A stretch of 53,597 nucleotides of DNA from an uncultured Eubacteriales bacterium (GTDB lineage: Bacteria; Bacillota; Clostridia; Oscillospirales; Acutalibacteraceae), in NCBI GenBank assembly GCA_964490085.1, contig CAZBAO010000002.1, forward strand, positions 1-53,597. The letters are read 5' to 3'. Position 1 is the first letter of the stretch; every line of letters begins with the position of its first letter. Positions 52,784 to 53,597 of this stretch are shown in pieces. The position numbers and the translations under genes were made by a program. The notes under the pieces were generated by a model, which worked only from the letters and a program-made list of their open reading frames with translations, did not search any database and had not been told where the DNA came from.

Positions 52784-52809
52784 TGTGTCTATAACCAAGC
52801 TATCACAAA

Positions 52810-52846
52810 AACACCCCGTGTTCGATGAACACGGGGTGTTTATTGC
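52810..52846 (-). terminator. Intrinsic terminator of ppdK
   Basis: 14-bp stem AACACCCCGTGTTC / GAACACGGGGTGTT. On the minus strand it is followed by TTTTTGTG. Confidence 0.7.
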
Positions 52847-52928
52847 TTGTTTCGTAGCAGTATTTTACGAGGCATTTGTAGCAATCAGAACGCCCTCAAG
52901 CCCGCATCAATACTGGATTTTTGAAAGC

Positions 52929-53597
52929 TTATTTGCTTTCTTTAATTGCAGCCTGTGCAGCGGCCAAGCGAGCGATCGGCACACGGAACGGCGAGCAGGA
53001 CACATAGTCCAGACCGATGGTGTGGCAGAACTCGACGGACGTCGGGTCGCCGCCGTGCTCACCGCAGATACCGCAGTGCAGGTTCTGGCGAGTTTCCTTA
53101 CCCATCTTGACCGCCATCTTCATCAGCGAGCCGACACCGGTCTGATCCAGCTTCGCGAACGGATCGCTCTCGTAGATCTTGGTGTCATAGTAAGCGTTTA
53201 AGAACTTACCGGCATCGTCACGGCTGAAGCCGAAGGTCATCTGAGTCAGGTCGTTGGTACCGAAGCAGAAGAACTCCGCCTCTTTCGCGATCTCGTCAGC
53301 AGTCAGGCAAGCACGCGGGATCTCCATCATGGTACCCACTTCGTACTTCAGCTCAACGCCGGCGGCCGCGATCTCCGCGTCGGCGGTAGCAACCACGATA
53401 TCCTTGACGAACTTCATTTCCTTGACCTCGCCGGTCAGCGGGATCATGATCTCGGGAACGAGGTTCCAATCGGGATGAGCCTTCTTCACGTTGATAGCAG
53501 CGCGGATGACCGCAGTGGTCTGCATCTTCGCGATTTCCGGATAGGTGACAGCCAGACGGCAGCCACGGTGACCCATCATCGGGTTGAACTCATGCAG
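52929..53597 (-). CDS. ppdK: Pyruvate, phosphate dikinase, C-terminal PEP-utilising TIM-barrel part (5' end off the window)
   Basis: GTNDLTQMTFGFSRDD and CGICGEHGGDP.S..FCH..GLDYVSCSP.RVPIARLAAAQA. The ORF is open to the window edge. Confidence 0.95.
   Translation of the reverse strand: MHEFNPMMGHRGCRLAVTYPEIAKMQTTAVIRAAINVKKAHPDWNLVPEIMIPLTGEVKEMKFVKDIVVATADAEIAAAGVELKYEVGTMMEIPRACLTADEIAKEAEFFCFGTNDLTQMTFGFSRDDAGKFLNAYYDTKIYESDPFAKLDQTGVGSLMKMAVKMGKETRQNLHCGICGEHGGDPTSVEFCHTIGLDYVSCSPFRVPIARLAAAQAAIKESK

Noticed and set aside
1-53597. Scan for tRNA, rRNA, CRISPR arrays, IS elements, integrases, group II introns and reverse transcriptases.
   Set aside because: None was found. All intergenic gaps are under ~230 nt and are explained by promoters, riboswitches or terminators. 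The only mobile-element signatures are the ParB fragment and the AbiEi gene.

Overview
This 53.6-kb window is chromosomal DNA from a high-GC (roughly 58-62% by eye), spore-forming Firmicute. It most resembles Clostridia/Oscillospirales; that assignment is an inference from gene content and synteny. The supporting synteny is yqfC-yqfD-phoH-ybeY-dgkA-era-yqzL-recO-mutS2, ylbJ, spoVAEB and ylxM-ffh-rpsP-KH-rimM-trmD. About 60 protein genes can be supported, plus two riboswitches (SAM-I before metK, TPP before thiT), a set of intrinsic terminators and a few near-consensus sigma-A promoters. I saw no rRNA, tRNA, CRISPR array, transposase or integrase. Most of the window is ordinary housekeeping. 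Four blocks stand out. (1) 7.65-11.5 kb is a very AT-rich island carrying only regulators: an ECF-like sigma factor with a ~375-aa C-terminal extension, an XRE HTH fused to a cysteine-ladder beta-helix-like repeat, and an XRE-TPR protein. (2) 35.8-40.4 kb is a MoxR / DUF58 / membrane transglutaminase triad whose transglutaminase core reads Ser-His-Glu where Cys-His-Asp is expected. (3) 43.76-47.35 kb is a tightly packed six-gene operon: DRTGG, GHKL Ser/Thr-kinase-like ATPase, sensory-type [FeFe]-hydrogenase homologue, DRTGG, YbaK, PHP. It sits behind a perfect Rex/CRP-type palindrome shared with the divergent serC-serA operon. I consider this the best candidate for a poorly understood signalling system. 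(4) 47.35-52.8 kb is a lower-GC insertion holding an AraC-controlled sugar oxidation/isomerisation module plus decayed mobile-element remnants (a truncated ParB-like gene and an orphan AbiEi). All functional calls come from my own reading of the translations and motifs. No database search was run.
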